A model generated the notes under the pieces. That model made no database searches and was not told where the DNA came from. It worked only from the letters and a program-made list of their open reading frames with translations. The translations under genes and the position numbers were made by a program. This document shows positions 28,148-38,792 of a stretch of DNA of 64,000 nt, in pieces (the first letter of the stretch is position 1; every line of letters starts with the position of its first letter). The stretch comes from a virus: IMG/VR virus record IMGVR_UViG_3300020186_000001, positions 44,330-108,329 of that record; one strand, written 5' to 3'.

Positions 28148-29470
28148 ACTGGGAACATTTGGATGCAGCTCCAATTGAAGTATTTCATGGTGAGGCAATG
28201 GAGCAATTTCATAAGCTGGCAAAAGAAAAAGGCATCACTGGTTCTACACCGGTTCTTGACGGCATTGATGTGAATAATATCCTTGCAAACTTTAAAGTAA
28301 AAATCATGAAGGCTTATGGGATAAGCAGTGATCCGGTATGATTTTTGTTTTTGTTTACTTCGCATTGGGCCTATTGGGCGTGTTCCTAGTTTTTAGTAGA
28401 AAAGACTTAGATAGCGTTCTCGAAATCCGCCCAAAGTTGCGCTGCTACGCGATTGTTGCGATTGTTGTTTTGTTAAGTCCTTTGTTTTTAGTCTATGCAG
28501 TGTTGAATGTTTTAGACGATAAATACCTATGACAGTGATCCGGTCAAACACGGGGGTTGAACAATGAGAGAGCTGGCGGCGATACATATTTTGTCTAGTC
28601 TCATCAGGACGGATATTGACAGGGCAGTCATGGTTGATGTTGCGGTAGCTGTTACCGACGAATTACTCGCACGTCTGGCGGAAACTACGCCAGTTTCTTC
28701 GTGTATGCATAAGTATAAGACCCACCGATATTTAGCCAAACCTCCAAGCGGCTATGAAACTTCTGTTAGCGTATGCACTCTGTGCGGGGTTGAACTATGA
28801 TCAGGCTACGTTGTGAGTCTTATCCAGATCCGCAGCAATATATCACTGCAAAAACAAATAGATACTGGATATACCTATAAAAAGTCTTGTGAGATCTGAA
28901 GATAACAGTTATACGCTCTCGTTCAATAACCCTTTTGAAAGGAACATAAATGATTAACAGCGTATTAGTGCCTCCAACCACAATCAGAGAACTCACCTTG
29001 GCGTATTTGACGTACATGCTTCGCAGGTATAGACAAAGGCATCCAGGAAAAATCTCAGTAATCTTAAGCGATGTCGCAGGCAGTAGCTGGGATGCACCAC
29101 TAATGCCCTTCTACAACCTCTACGGTGGACGCGGCAGAGTCGCAGGAGCAGAGATGGGCAAACTGTTCTCCAAGGCAGCCAAAGAGCTTGGAATGGATTC
29201 TCGCAAGGAAGACCGCTTTGGAAAGAAGGACGCAATCACCCGCTACTTCTTCGTTCCAGTGCAAGTATGAAAATAACAATTGAATTTGATGAAAAGTATG
29301 ATGCACTTCAAGCCTTACACGCACACGATATGCACTATGCAATGAGCGAAGCTCTGGGATTCATTCGCTCTAAAACTAAGTATGAAACTCCATCTGAAGA
29401 AACAATGGAGTGTCTGGATCGTATTAGAACTCTTTTGTTATCAGGGTTGGAGTGGGATGATAATCGTTGA
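28144..29470 (+). CDS. Run of small hypothetical genes (28144-28341, 28338-28532 membrane, 28564-28800, 28950-29270, 29267-29470)
   Basis: Mostly coupled ORFs with RBSs; grouped here. Confidence 0.55.
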
Positions 29471-29723
29471 AGGAGGACAAAGCAGGGACCGCTTCAGATA
29501 CGCCATTTACCGAGTCATACTCGCTCAGGCAGCACACTGGATTCAAGAGCCAGATTATTCAACGGCTCAAACCTATGAAAAAGAGTTGCTTGGATATCTG
29601 GATCAGCAAGAGATGGAGCGTTTCGGATCCGGTCAATTGGATGAAGACGCAGTTGTCTGCCACTTCAAATTCAAGAGGTCTGGAAAATCCTCAGAGTTTA
29701 TGTTTGATTTAAGCGAGATTTGA
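29457..29723 (+). CDS. Hypothetical protein (ends FMFDLSEI)
   Basis: GGAG RBS before ATG 29457. Confidence 0.6.
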   Translation: MIIVEGGQSRDRFRYAIYRVILAQAAHWIQEPDYSTAQTYEKELLGYLDQQEMERFGSGQLDEDAVVCHFKFKRSGKSSEFMFDLSEI

Positions 29724-29817
29724 TGGGATCAGGTGGACCTACTGTCATGATCTCGGCCCACCCTAGCTGATCAGCACTAATCTGATCGGCCAAACAGCCA
29801 AAAGCTTTAGTGCGTAG

Positions 29818-29836
29818 AAGTTTCTACGTAGAAATT
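29818..29836. promoter_or_regulatory. Dispersed palindrome, copy 2
   Basis: AAGTTTCTACGTAGAAATT, intergenic. Confidence 0.65.
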
Positions 29837-29983
29837 CTGTCTTGATATGCCTTTTAAAACAGTGCTTTGCGAAGGAGGATGAATGAAAGTTGCCTGGAAA
29901 GAAGTTTTTAAAACTAAAGAGATGGGGAGGTTTTTGCTACTCCTGCTGGCGATTCTCTTTGTGAGATTGATGGTTGGTGGTAA

Positions 29984-30394
29984 GTGATACACTTCTCCCA
30001 TGACGCTATGACTGCGGTGATTGCAGGGAATATTCCTGAAAAGTTTGGTAGACCAGAACCTGGCACACCTCTTTGGTCGGTAATTGAATGTATCTCAAAA
30101 GAGGTGGTCAATATGCTTAACCAAGTTCAAACGAAACATGAACAAACTCTGCTGACAAAACATCCAGGTCTTATACCTGCACATCCCATATCAGTGGCGT
30201 GTCCCGATAGCCTTCAAGTCGCACTTTATATCGGAAGAGACAAGAATCTGTGGATGAAAGATGATCTAGGAAATCATAATCTGTTATCACACCGAAGCAC
30301 ACCTGGCGAAGTGGCAGATGAGCTTTTTAAAAAGATAGAGGCAAAGAGTTTCGTCGAACAGAGTTTATTTGTAGAGGAGCTTAGAAGGCTATGA
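29984..30394 (+). CDS. Hypothetical protein (ends FVEELRRL)
   Basis: ORF coupled to next gene. Confidence 0.6.
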   Translation: MIHFSHDAMTAVIAGNIPEKFGRPEPGTPLWSVIECISKEVVNMLNQVQTKHEQTLLTKHPGLIPAHPISVACPDSLQVALYIGRDKNLWMKDDLGNHNLLSHRSTPGEVADELFKKIEAKSFVEQSLFVEELRRL

Positions 30395-31399
30395 AAAAAG
30401 CACTTTTGTTGATCCAAGATCATGAGTCAATGATTAATTGTTTGTTCAGAATTGATCGTCTTAAAAAGAGAACTGATGAGCAGCTCAAGTTTGTAGAGCG
30501 TAGAGCCAAGGGCATTATGATGGATGCTGAAAAGGAGCATTCTGATATCTGGAAAGATATTGAATTTTATCTAAAAACTAAAAACCTTTTGCCAAAGGGC
30601 TATGATCAAAACAAGTGGGTTCTTTCACACGGCTCTGGTGCAATGTATGCCAGTTTAAAAACTAAGTGTAGAACCTGCGGAGAGTTGCATCCAGAAGAAG
30701 AGCATGTGGATGAAGATAAATACACTCCAGAAGCTGCGAGTACAGAGGAAATCGAGATGGTTAAGCGTATCATCCTCGAAGGTCGGGTTCCAGAACTCCA
30801 AGGTGTCTCACAAGTCGAAGCCATTGAAGTCAAGGGAGAAGTTCTCAAATTGCTCAAGAGTCTCTTTGAAAAAGAGCTACTGAAATGAAGAGCTTCATAG
30901 AATCTCTGGATCTCGATAGTTTACCCGTTTTTAGACATGGCTATGAGTGGAGGTGCGAAGTGGAAGTGGAAGATGAAATTTCTAGGGAGGACAAGCTTGT
31001 AAACGCAATGCGAGAGATTGTTTCCAAATGTCAAGATGCGGCTGGAAAAAAGGATTTTGTTTTCTCGAAAGAACTTATGGAAATTTGCAGGACGGCTCAG
31101 GATGTAATTGATGTGGTGTTGAAATGAAAGTTGATTTGGACGACCTAGAAAAAGCAGAAGCGAGGCAAAAGTCGGAGGACAATCCTTATCTTCCGCCAGA
31201 ATATTTTGAGCAACTAAAAAGAGAACTGGCAGGCTGGAAAGAGTACGTCGAGCCTAAAAAGAAAATAGAAATGTGGAAGTGGGCGCACAAGGAGCATCAT
31301 GGTTTGTGGGGCGAAACAACTGTTCACCGCGCGACACCCCCATCAGGGGGGGATGATTTAGTTAGAATCGAAGGAAGCAGAATCGAGGTTGAAGAATGA
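30391..31399 (+). CDS. Three coupled hypothetical genes (30391-30888, 30885-31127, 31124-31399)
   Basis: ATGA overlaps; grouped here. Confidence 0.6.
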
Positions 31400-31437
31400 C
31401 TTTAAAAGACCGCAAAGACACATCTAACGGTAGGTGG

Positions 31438-32285
31438 GAGACGGTGAAATGAAAGATGGTAATAGCATTGTTTTTTACCTCGTGCGCAATCATTGGGGCT
31501 TGCTTTTACAAGTTGCGGACAAAGCAAAAATTGCGCTCGCCGTTTCGTCTACCTCAAATATGCTGGCAATTAAAGAAGCACTAGAGGAATTGGAGGCGGT
31601 GAAATGAATCGAGTGAGTGAAGAGCAATTAAACGAGTGGGAAAGAATGGCGGTGGATACGAGTCGTCCGATTCCAAAAATACTTGGGTCTCACTTGATAC
31701 CTGTTGAGCGTGGAGTTATCCCTGCACTCATAGCCGAGATTCGTGCTTCACGGAAAATAATAACACTCGTAGTTGACGTGGTTAGAGAAGCATACGAGCG
31801 TCATCCGAATGAAAAAAACCCGCTCGGTAACGCACTCAAGGACCTGTCCGAGGCGGTGAAATGACTACAATACAATTTGTTGACAAGGACTGTATTCTAC
31901 TGGGCGAAGTGCAATCATCGCCTCAAACAAATAAGGCGCTTATGGGAATCTTGGCGCACATGGTGCGAAATCTCGACGCGGCCACCGCGCTGGCGTATGC
32001 GCTTCGGTCTTGTGAGGGAATAGAAATTAGAACGGCACTAGATAAATACAATGAGGCAGTGAAATGACTAAAATAAGATTTATTAACAATAATCAGGCCC
32101 CACTTGGTGAAATACATGCCTCACAAAAAACCCATAAAGACCTTGTAGAAATATTGCAACACATGGTGCGAAAGCTGGACGCGTCCAAGGAGCTGGCACA
32201 CGCGGCTCGGTCGTGTGAAGATATAGAAGTTAAGGTTGCACTAGATAAATACAATGAGGCGGAATGTTATCTGACCGTGAAATGA
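31438..32285 (+). repeat. Tandem small-gene array with repeated junction GAG(G/A)C(G/A)GTGAAATGA (genes 31449-31607, 31604-31864, 31861-32067, 32064-32285)
   Basis: Junctions at 31438, 31593, 31850, 32053; last two genes are paralogs. Confidence 0.7.
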
Positions 32286-32378
32286 AAGAGAGGAGCCACT
32301 ATTACTAGTGACTCCCTAGAAGGGCTTGCAAGATCTATTCGGCCAGAATCTCAAAAACATAAGAAGGGAGTCTTTGAT

Positions 32379-32897
32379 ATGAGCTTAAAGGAAGAGCTTT
32401 TGTGTTTTGAAGCAAAGCGTTGGCAGGGCTTTACTGAAACTGGCGGAGACAACAGGGGACAGGTTGTCGAGATGTTCCAGAAGGCTGTTGGATCGGCTTC
32501 TGGCGAGTCATGGTGTGTCTCATTCATTCAATACTGCGTCAAGATGGTCGATGCACTGGCAGCACAGTGCCGGTTGACCTCGCCGGTAATTAAAAACTCG
32601 TTGGTATCGACTGAATCGGTTCTTGCACTATGGAGCGGCTCACCTCACGCTGGGGTGGCTCCAGCTCCAGGCACGATAGTTCTATGGGAGCACTACAAAG
32701 ATGGCAAGAGAACGGGATTAGGGCACGCTGGCATTGTCTTATCGTTGGCTGGTGGTCGTATGACTACAATTGAGGGAAATACATCACCATCGAATGCTGT
32801 AGTTGAAAGAAACGGTGATGGAGTTTATGTTAAGGATCGTCCAATTGGGGATGTTGGGAATATGAAACTTTTAGGGTTTATAAAAGCTTGGAGCTAA
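32379..32897 (+). CDS. CHAP-domain endolysin
   Basis: GESWCVSF, GHAGIV, TIEGNT. Confidence 0.85.
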   Translation: MSLKEELLCFEAKRWQGFTETGGDNRGQVVEMFQKAVGSASGESWCVSFIQYCVKMVDALAAQCRLTSPVIKNSLVSTESVLALWSGSPHAGVAPAPGTIVLWEHYKDGKRTGLGHAGIVLSLAGGRMTTIEGNTSPSNAVVERNGDGVYVKDRPIGDVGNMKLLGFIKAWS

Positions 32898-32898
32898 A

Positions 32899-33135
32899 AT
32901 GGTCCGTATAATTGTAATAATCGCGTTGTTTTCATCGTGTGCTCATAAGAAAGAAGTATGCGAACCGTGTCCGGTTTGTATTGAGACTACAACATTAGAT
33001 CAAGATCCAAATCCCACCTACATTGTCACAGTTGACAAGGATGAAGCCTGCAAAGAGTCTGTTTCTTATCAGGCCAAATCCACAGAGCTTGGCGAGTGTC
33101 AAGCGAAGCTTCATAAGAAACGCAAGAAGAAATAA
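32899..33135 (+). CDS. Small lipoprotein (o-spanin-like)
   Basis: IIALFSS-C lipobox; Cys/Pro-rich. Confidence 0.55.
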   Translation: MVRIIVIIALFSSCAHKKEVCEPCPVCIETTTLDQDPNPTYIVTVDKDEACKESVSYQAKSTELGECQAKLHKKRKKK

Positions 33136-33137
33136 TT

Positions 33138-33171
33138 TGTCAGCACTTTCCGTTCCCGTCCTTATAACAAG
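33138..33171 (+). promoter_or_regulatory. Second promoter class, copy 1
   Basis: TGTCAGCACTTT-N9-TCCTTATAACAAG; same arms and spacing at 38303. Confidence 0.6.
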
Positions 33172-33174
33172 AAT

Positions 33175-33771
33175 ATGTGGATACAAATAATCGGCCCGGC
33201 TGGTTCGGGCAAAGGCATGATAACGGATATTCTCAAGGGCGAGGGCTATGAAGACCTGACGACTCCTCTTGTGGATAATAGCGACATATTCATACAGGAG
33301 TTGACGATCTCACAGGATCGTTTAAAATCGCAGCTTCTTGCGGCTGAGGTTATGAGCAGGAAAGATGTCTTCACTGTCAGATCTTTCTGGGACTCCCACG
33401 AGGTGATGATACCTGTTGCGAGATCCTTCGAGCAGATTAACGATTTTGAGATGGAGGTCTTCTCTAGGATCTATAGGACTTTTAAAGGGACAAGGTTTTT
33501 AATACCACCAAATGCTGTGATTTATATGAAGATGCCACTGATGTCTGCATACAACAGGATGCTTCTTCGCAATGTGGATATAAACCAGGATCAATACAAT
33601 GCTCAGGTTGCTGCTTATGATGAGTATGCAAAGAGGATTTGCATTCCAGTTTTAGAGATTGATGGATCGGCAGTGCCAGAGAAGATCAAGCGTGAGCTTG
33701 ATTTTAATATCGCGTCGGTTAAGTCTACACACTCTTCAGGGAACATCTGGCAAAAGGAGTATATGAGATGA
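33175..33771 (+). CDS. Deoxynucleoside kinase family protein
   Basis: GPAGSGKG, RSFWDS, PNAVIYM. Confidence 0.72.
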   Translation: MWIQIIGPAGSGKGMITDILKGEGYEDLTTPLVDNSDIFIQELTISQDRLKSQLLAAEVMSRKDVFTVRSFWDSHEVMIPVARSFEQINDFEMEVFSRIYRTFKGTRFLIPPNAVIYMKMPLMSAYNRMLLRNVDINQDQYNAQVAAYDEYAKRICIPVLEIDGSAVPEKIKRELDFNIASVKSTHSSGNIWQKEYMR

Positions 33772-34022
33772 GCGAACTCGGATTTGATTGGAATACGAAA
33801 AAGATTAAGAGTGTAAAGCTTGTAAACGGTCAGCAGACTGTTGTTGAACTTAGTCCAAAAGAGATCATAAATGATCCAAATCGGCATCGCGTAGAGTCCA
33901 TTATTCACGCTCTTTGTATTTCCATAAATCAGTTGATCGAGGCTCAAGAACTTCAAGCTGCAAGAATCCAGTCAATGCTATCTCAAAGAGAGTCTCCAAA
34001 AGAGAGCCAAGTTGAGCAATGA
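33768..34022 (+). CDS. Hypothetical protein
   Basis: Coupled ORF. Confidence 0.55.
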   Translation: MSELGFDWNTKKIKSVKLVNGQQTVVELSPKEIINDPNRHRVESIIHALCISINQLIEAQELQAARIQSMLSQRESPKESQVEQ

Positions 34023-37000
34023 GTTTCGTAAATCTCCATGCACACTCCGAGGCTTCAATAGCTGATGGTTTATTCCATCCAAAGAAGTGGGTTGAGGCTT
34101 TAAAGCAACGTGGCTTTGTAGGTCATGCGATGACGGATCACGGGAGCATGGCATCTCTTCTTGCGTTTTACAAACTCATGAAGGCTGAGAAGATGATTCC
34201 GATCCTTGGGGTTGAGTTTTATTTTGTCCCAGATCCTTCAGAGAGAACTGCGGATAACCGCAAAAACTCTCACTTAATACTTCTTGCCAAGGACTACGAG
34301 GGATTCCGCAATCTTTGTCGGCTATCAAAGCTTAGTTACACTGAGGGCTACTACTACAAGCCAAGGATTGGCTACGAGTGGCTGGCCAAGTATAGCGAAG
34401 GGCTAATCTGTCTAACAGCGTGTCAGGGCGGGGTTCTCTCCAACGAGGTATGGTCTGAGCTAAAGGGCAGGAAGCACGATCTTGTCGGCACCTTCCATAA
34501 GCTCAAAGCAATCTTCAACGATGATCTCTACGTTGAATTCCAGGGACACAACACGATCTCCAAGAACGATGATGGGGAGCTTTTCAATTCGCAGGCACTT
34601 ATCAATCTTTCCTTTTACGAGACGCTTAGAAATGAGATTGGGTTTAAGCAGATTGTGACCAACGATTGTCACTACATTCTTCCAGAACACGCTCAGATCC
34701 AGCAGACTCTTAAGAACATTTCTTGGGGCAGTGCGGCTGGCGGAGCGAGTGATAGTGCGACTGTGACAAAAGATCACTTCACCGATTCGCTGTGGCTGAA
34801 GAGTGCGGTGCAGGTTTACTCTTCTTTTAGAGAGCATCATGAGTATCTTCCAAAACAGTTCGTGGCTGATGGAATGAGAAGAACGACTGAGGTTTTAGAG
34901 AAGTGTAAAGACTTTGAAATGCCAAAAGACAAGAGGTATCTTCCACAGTTTCGTTCTGTTGGTGGAGCTACTTCGAGCGAGTTGTTTAAGAGGATTTGTT
35001 TCAAAAAGCTTGATGATTTTCTTAAATCAGATCTTATGAGAACCGACAAAGAAACATACATTCAGCGATTCAAAAAAGAATACAAAGTAATCACCAAATA
35101 CCATCTTGAGGACTACTTTTTAATCGTTTGGGATGTCGTCAGGTTCGCCAAGAGAAGCGGCATCGTCACAGGGCTAGGTAGGGGGTGCCTTCATCCTGAC
35201 GTGAACGTCTTAACAGCCGATGGATTTAAGGCGATTTCGAAGATTGAAACCGATGATTTGGTTGTGAACAGAGGCGGTGAGTTTAAAAGAGTAGAGGCTG
35301 TTCACAAGTACAAACATAAGGGGAGGATGATACGCGTCAAAAGCAGATTCGGTCTTACATCCGGCAACGCTTTCACGCCTGATCATAAAATTCTGGCAAT
35401 TGAGACAAAAAAGAATAGCAACGACACTTATATAGATATTTCAGAACCAAAATGGATCAGGGCTGATGAGGTTAGGCGAGGGCATCGCGTCTTCACGCCA
35501 AACCTTGAGAGTCGAATGGACAACAAAGAGTTGTCAGACGACATTTTGTGGCTCCTTGGATATTGGGCGGGGGACGGCTGGCTTTGCGAGCATAAGAGAG
35601 TGGTACGCAGTAATGGATGGAGAAGTTCTACCGGATTCCGTCTTGGCTTTGCTTTTAATAATACTTCTAAGAAAGACTTCCTTGATAAGGCACGCGGCAT
35701 CCTTGAGTCTCTTGGTTTGAATCCGAGAGTTTGCAGATCGAAGAAGAAGAATTTGGTTCAAGTGAACGTGAATGACAAGACGTTTTACAATAGGATTTCT
35801 AGTTACTTTCCAGATTACGAGATTTCTAGTCAGACGAAAACTTTGCCGATATTTTTTAGAGAATTGAGCGAGAGACAGGCGAAAATACTTCTTTCCGGTT
35901 TAATAGATTCTGACGGGAGTGTTAGGGGTAAAACGACCATCTGCACAACCTCTCCTCGACTTGCTTATGAGACTAAAGAGCTATGTTTGATGTCTGGGAT
36001 TCTTTCTTCAATCCGCCATGAGAGCAAGAGAATTGATAAAAGGGGTTACAATCCGAGTGCCGCATATTATTTGATACTTGACAAGGCAGAGTCATCAACA
36101 GTCAAAAAAGACAAAAATGGTTCATGGTCTTTGGTCATTGACACAGAGACGGAAGACTATGAGGGGGATGTCTACGATCTATCCGTTTCTGGCAAAGAGC
36201 ATAATTTTTTAACTGACAGCTTCCTTGTTCACAATTCAGCAGCAGGGTGCTTCATAAGTTATTTGTTGGATATCGTAAAAATTGATCCACTTGAGCACAA
36301 GCTTATCTTTGAGCGGTTTCTCAATGAGAATCGCTGTGAGACTGGCGAGCTTCCTGATATCGATCTCGATTTCGAGTCAGATCGAAGAAGAGAGATCAAA
36401 GACTACATTTATAAAACGTATGGCCATGACCGTGTGTGCGAGATTGGAACGTATGGGCGAATGAAGCTCAAGACGGCTCTCATAGACTTTGCAAAGAGCA
36501 TGGGTGTTGCGACACAGCGAGAGATTCACGCTATCACAACCAATCTTGATCTTGACAAGGAGGACGTGGACGATCTCGTTGCGGCGTCTGAATCCGATCC
36601 GAGGCTCAAGATGCTTCTTGCTAATGAGAAGTTTGGGTTTGCGGTCAGTGAGATCATAGGCCAAGTCAAAAGCCAGGGAGTGCATCCGGCTGGTGTGATC
36701 ATATGTTCCGAACCAATCGCAGAGATTACTCCAATCAAGACTCAGAAGAAGAACTTTAAGCCAGGGGAAATACCAGAAGGTGTTAAGAAGAAGGATGCGG
36801 AGCAGCGTGTCATAACGACTCAATCAGAGGATAAATACATCATCGCCCAGGGCATGATGAAAGCTGACATTCTAGGGGTCAAAGAATACGATGTGATTCG
36901 ATATGTGATTGAGAACATTGATAGCGATCTCACCATTGATAATTACGTTCATGTGATTATGCAAAAAGAACGCGATAAGCCAAACAAGGTTGTTTGGAAG

Positions 37001-38296
37001 ATGTTTCAGGAGGGCAGGACGGAGGGTGTGTTTCAGTTTTCAAGTGACGGCATGAGGGCACTTCTAGTGATGATGCGTCCAACTCACATCGGAGATTTGA
37101 CGGCTGCGAATGCTCTTTACCGTCCAGGTTGTCTTGAAAACGGCTGGCACATTCAATACTGCAAAAGGAAACACGGAGAAGAGGAAGTCCTGTTTGTGCA
37201 TCCGAGTGTTGAAGAAGCATTGGGCGATACATTTGGCGTGATTGTTTTCCAGGAGCAGTTCATGGAGGTGATCCACAAGTTGGGAGATGTCTCTCTTGTG
37301 GATGCAGATACAATTCGTTCTGCTTTGGGAAAGAAAGACAAAGACAAGCTCAACAAGTTTAAAGAAGAGTTCGTGGTTGGTGCTTCAAAACGTATAGGGA
37401 AACTTGATGCGATAATGCTTTGGGATCAGATTGAGAAGGCTTCAGGCTATTCGTTTAATAGATCTCACAGTGCGGCATATGCTGTGCTCGCATATATCTC
37501 TCAGTATCTGAAAACCTATTATCCGGCTCATTTCTGGGCGGCAAGGCTGGACTGGGATGTAAGGAAGAACGATCTCGATGAGATGTTGGTTAATCGACGT
37601 GCGGCATCTGACATGGGCATTGAGTTCATTTTACCTCATGTGAATCGCTCCAGGGAGCGTTTCTATGTGGATGGATCAGAGGTTGTGTGGTCTTTCCTTA
37701 GCGTCAAGGGTGTTGGACCAAAGGCGGCTAAAGCCATTGTTGAGAGCCAACCGTATGCGAATTTCGATGACTTCTATGCGAGAGTAAATAAGAAGGCTGT
37801 TAAGAAGAACAATATTGAATTTCTCATATTTGGAGGAGCCTTTGATGAGTTTGGAGATAGAAGAGATCTCCTCCGGTGCCTTGAATCTAAGAAGAAAAGT
37901 AAGAAGGGATATGTTTCAAAGCCAGAAAAAGAATTGATGAGAGCCTTCTATGACTCCATGGGATTCTTTGAGCTTAAGATTAAAAAGGTAATGCCAGTTT
38001 TCTCTAAGTATTGCATCACGGAGAAAGAACTCCATGAATACACTGGCGGTGAATACGTTGTTGTAGGTGGAATGATCACAGCGGTCAGATCCATCAAGAC
38101 AAAGCGTGATGAGCATATGGGCTTTGTAACACTGATGGACTTGGATGAAATAATTGAAGTGACGATATTTCCGAAAGTGTGGGCAAAAGAACGAGAGATC
38201 CTTCGGATTGACAATATCGTTCAGATTTCTGGCAACAAGTCTACATACAATAATAAGAACAATCATATCGAAGCTCATAAAATAGAGTTGATGTAA
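34019..38296 (+). CDS. dnaE: DNA polymerase III alpha subunit, containing an intein
   Basis: PHP LHAHS/MTDHG; GRG|SAAG; PDIDLDF; YSFNRSHS; C-terminal OB fold. Confidence 0.96.
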   Translation: MSFVNLHAHSEASIADGLFHPKKWVEALKQRGFVGHAMTDHGSMASLLAFYKLMKAEKMIPILGVEFYFVPDPSERTADNRKNSHLILLAKDYEGFRNLCRLSKLSYTEGYYYKPRIGYEWLAKYSEGLICLTACQGGVLSNEVWSELKGRKHDLVGTFHKLKAIFNDDLYVEFQGHNTISKNDDGELFNSQALINLSFYETLRNEIGFKQIVTNDCHYILPEHAQIQQTLKNISWGSAAGGASDSATVTKDHFTDSLWLKSAVQVYSSFREHHEYLPKQFVADGMRRTTEVLEKCKDFEMPKDKRYLPQFRSVGGATSSELFKRICFKKLDDFLKSDLMRTDKETYIQRFKKEYKVITKYHLEDYFLIVWDVVRFAKRSGIVTGLGRGCLHPDVNVLTADGFKAISKIETDDLVVNRGGEFKRVEAVHKYKHKGRMIRVKSRFGLTSGNAFTPDHKILAIETKKNSNDTYIDISEPKWIRADEVRRGHRVFTPNLESRMDNKELSDDILWLLGYWAGDGWLCEHKRVVRSNGWRSSTGFRLGFAFNNTSKKDFLDKARGILESLGLNPRVCRSKKKNLVQVNVNDKTFYNRISSYFPDYEISSQTKTLPIFFRELSERQAKILLSGLIDSDGSVRGKTTICTTSPRLAYETKELCLMSGILSSIRHESKRIDKRGYNPSAAYYLILDKAESSTVKKDKNGSWSLVIDTETEDYEGDVYDLSVSGKEHNFLTDSFLVHNSAAGCFISYLLDIVKIDPLEHKLIFERFLNENRCETGELPDIDLDFESDRRREIKDYIYKTYGHDRVCEIGTYGRMKLKTALIDFAKSMGVATQREIHAITTNLDLDKEDVDDLVAASESDPRLKMLLANEKFGFAVSEIIGQVKSQGVHPAGVIICSEPIAEITPIKTQKKNFKPGEIPEGVKKKDAEQRVITTQSEDKYIIAQGMMKADILGVKEYDVIRYVIENIDSDLTIDNYVHVIMQKERDKPNKVVWKMFQEGRTEGVFQFSSDGMRALLVMMRPTHIGDLTAANALYRPGCLENGWHIQYCKRKHGEEEVLFVHPSVEEALGDTFGVIVFQEQFMEVIHKLGDVSLVDADTIRSALGKKDKDKLNKFKEEFVVGASKRIGKLDAIMLWDQIEKASGYSFNRSHSAAYAVLAYISQYLKTYYPAHFWAARLDWDVRKNDLDEMLVNRRAASDMGIEFILPHVNRSRERFYVDGSEVVWSFLSVKGVGPKAAKAIVESQPYANFDDFYARVNKKAVKKNNIEFLIFGGAFDEFGDRRDLLRCLESKKKSKKGYVSKPEKELMRAFYDSMGFFELKIKKVMPVFSKYCITEKELHEYTGGEYVVVGGMITAVRSIKTKRDEHMGFVTLMDLDEIIEVTIFPKVWAKEREILRIDNIVQISGNKSTYNNKNNHIEAHKIELM
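35186..36235 (+). mobile_element. 350-aa cis-intein with LAGLIDADG homing endonuclease
   Basis: CLHPD...FTPDH...LGYWAGDG...SGLIDSDG...FLVHN|S. Confidence 0.93.
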
Positions 38297-38302
38297 AAAA
38301 TC

Positions 38303-38336
38303 TGTCAGCACTTTTGAATTCCATCCTTATAACAAG
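38303..38336 (+). promoter_or_regulatory. Second promoter class, copy 2
   Basis: TGTCAGCACTTT-N9-TCCTTATAACAAG. Confidence 0.6.
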
Positions 38337-38351
38337 GCATGAGGATTCAAA

Positions 38352-38792
38352 ATGCGTGATCTTGTTTACGAAATAGCTGGACTGCTGCCTAAAACAGTAA
38401 CTTTTGTCATAAGCAAAGCACTTAAGATCTCAGAGGACATGGACACAGAGGTCGATGAGGCCGCGTATTTGTTTGGCTTCTATGCTGTATTGGCTGAGAA
38501 GGCTGAGACTAAGCATCAAAAGTTGAAGTTTAATTTTGAGTCATGGCGAGCGAGGGCTGAGTCAAATGAGAATATTACTCGTTCGACTGAGGGTAAAAAA
38601 TCGCACACTGAGGCTCAAATGAAAGCTGTCATAATGTCTCAACCAAAGTTCCGTTTATACCAGAAAAAGTTAATTGAGGTGGATGAGCAGAGGCGTATTT
38701 TAAAAGTGATTTCCAAGGCTCTTGAGATGAAAAAGGATCTAGTTCAAACCAAGTCTTCAAACAGAAGAAACGAATTAAAGGGAGGGCGGTAA
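38352..38792 (+). CDS. UvsY-like recombination mediator
   Basis: Helical; TEAQMKA and ALEMKKDLVQ...R; next to SSB and RecA. Confidence 0.6.
   Translation: MRDLVYEIAGLLPKTVTFVISKALKISEDMDTEVDEAAYLFGFYAVLAEKAETKHQKLKFNFESWRARAESNENITRSTEGKKSHTEAQMKAVIMSQPKFRLYQKKLIEVDEQRRILKVISKALEMKKDLVQTKSSNRRNELKGGR

Noticed and set aside
35186-36235. DnaE intein as a novelty
   Set aside because: Conventional LAGLIDADG cis-intein; listed as a feature only
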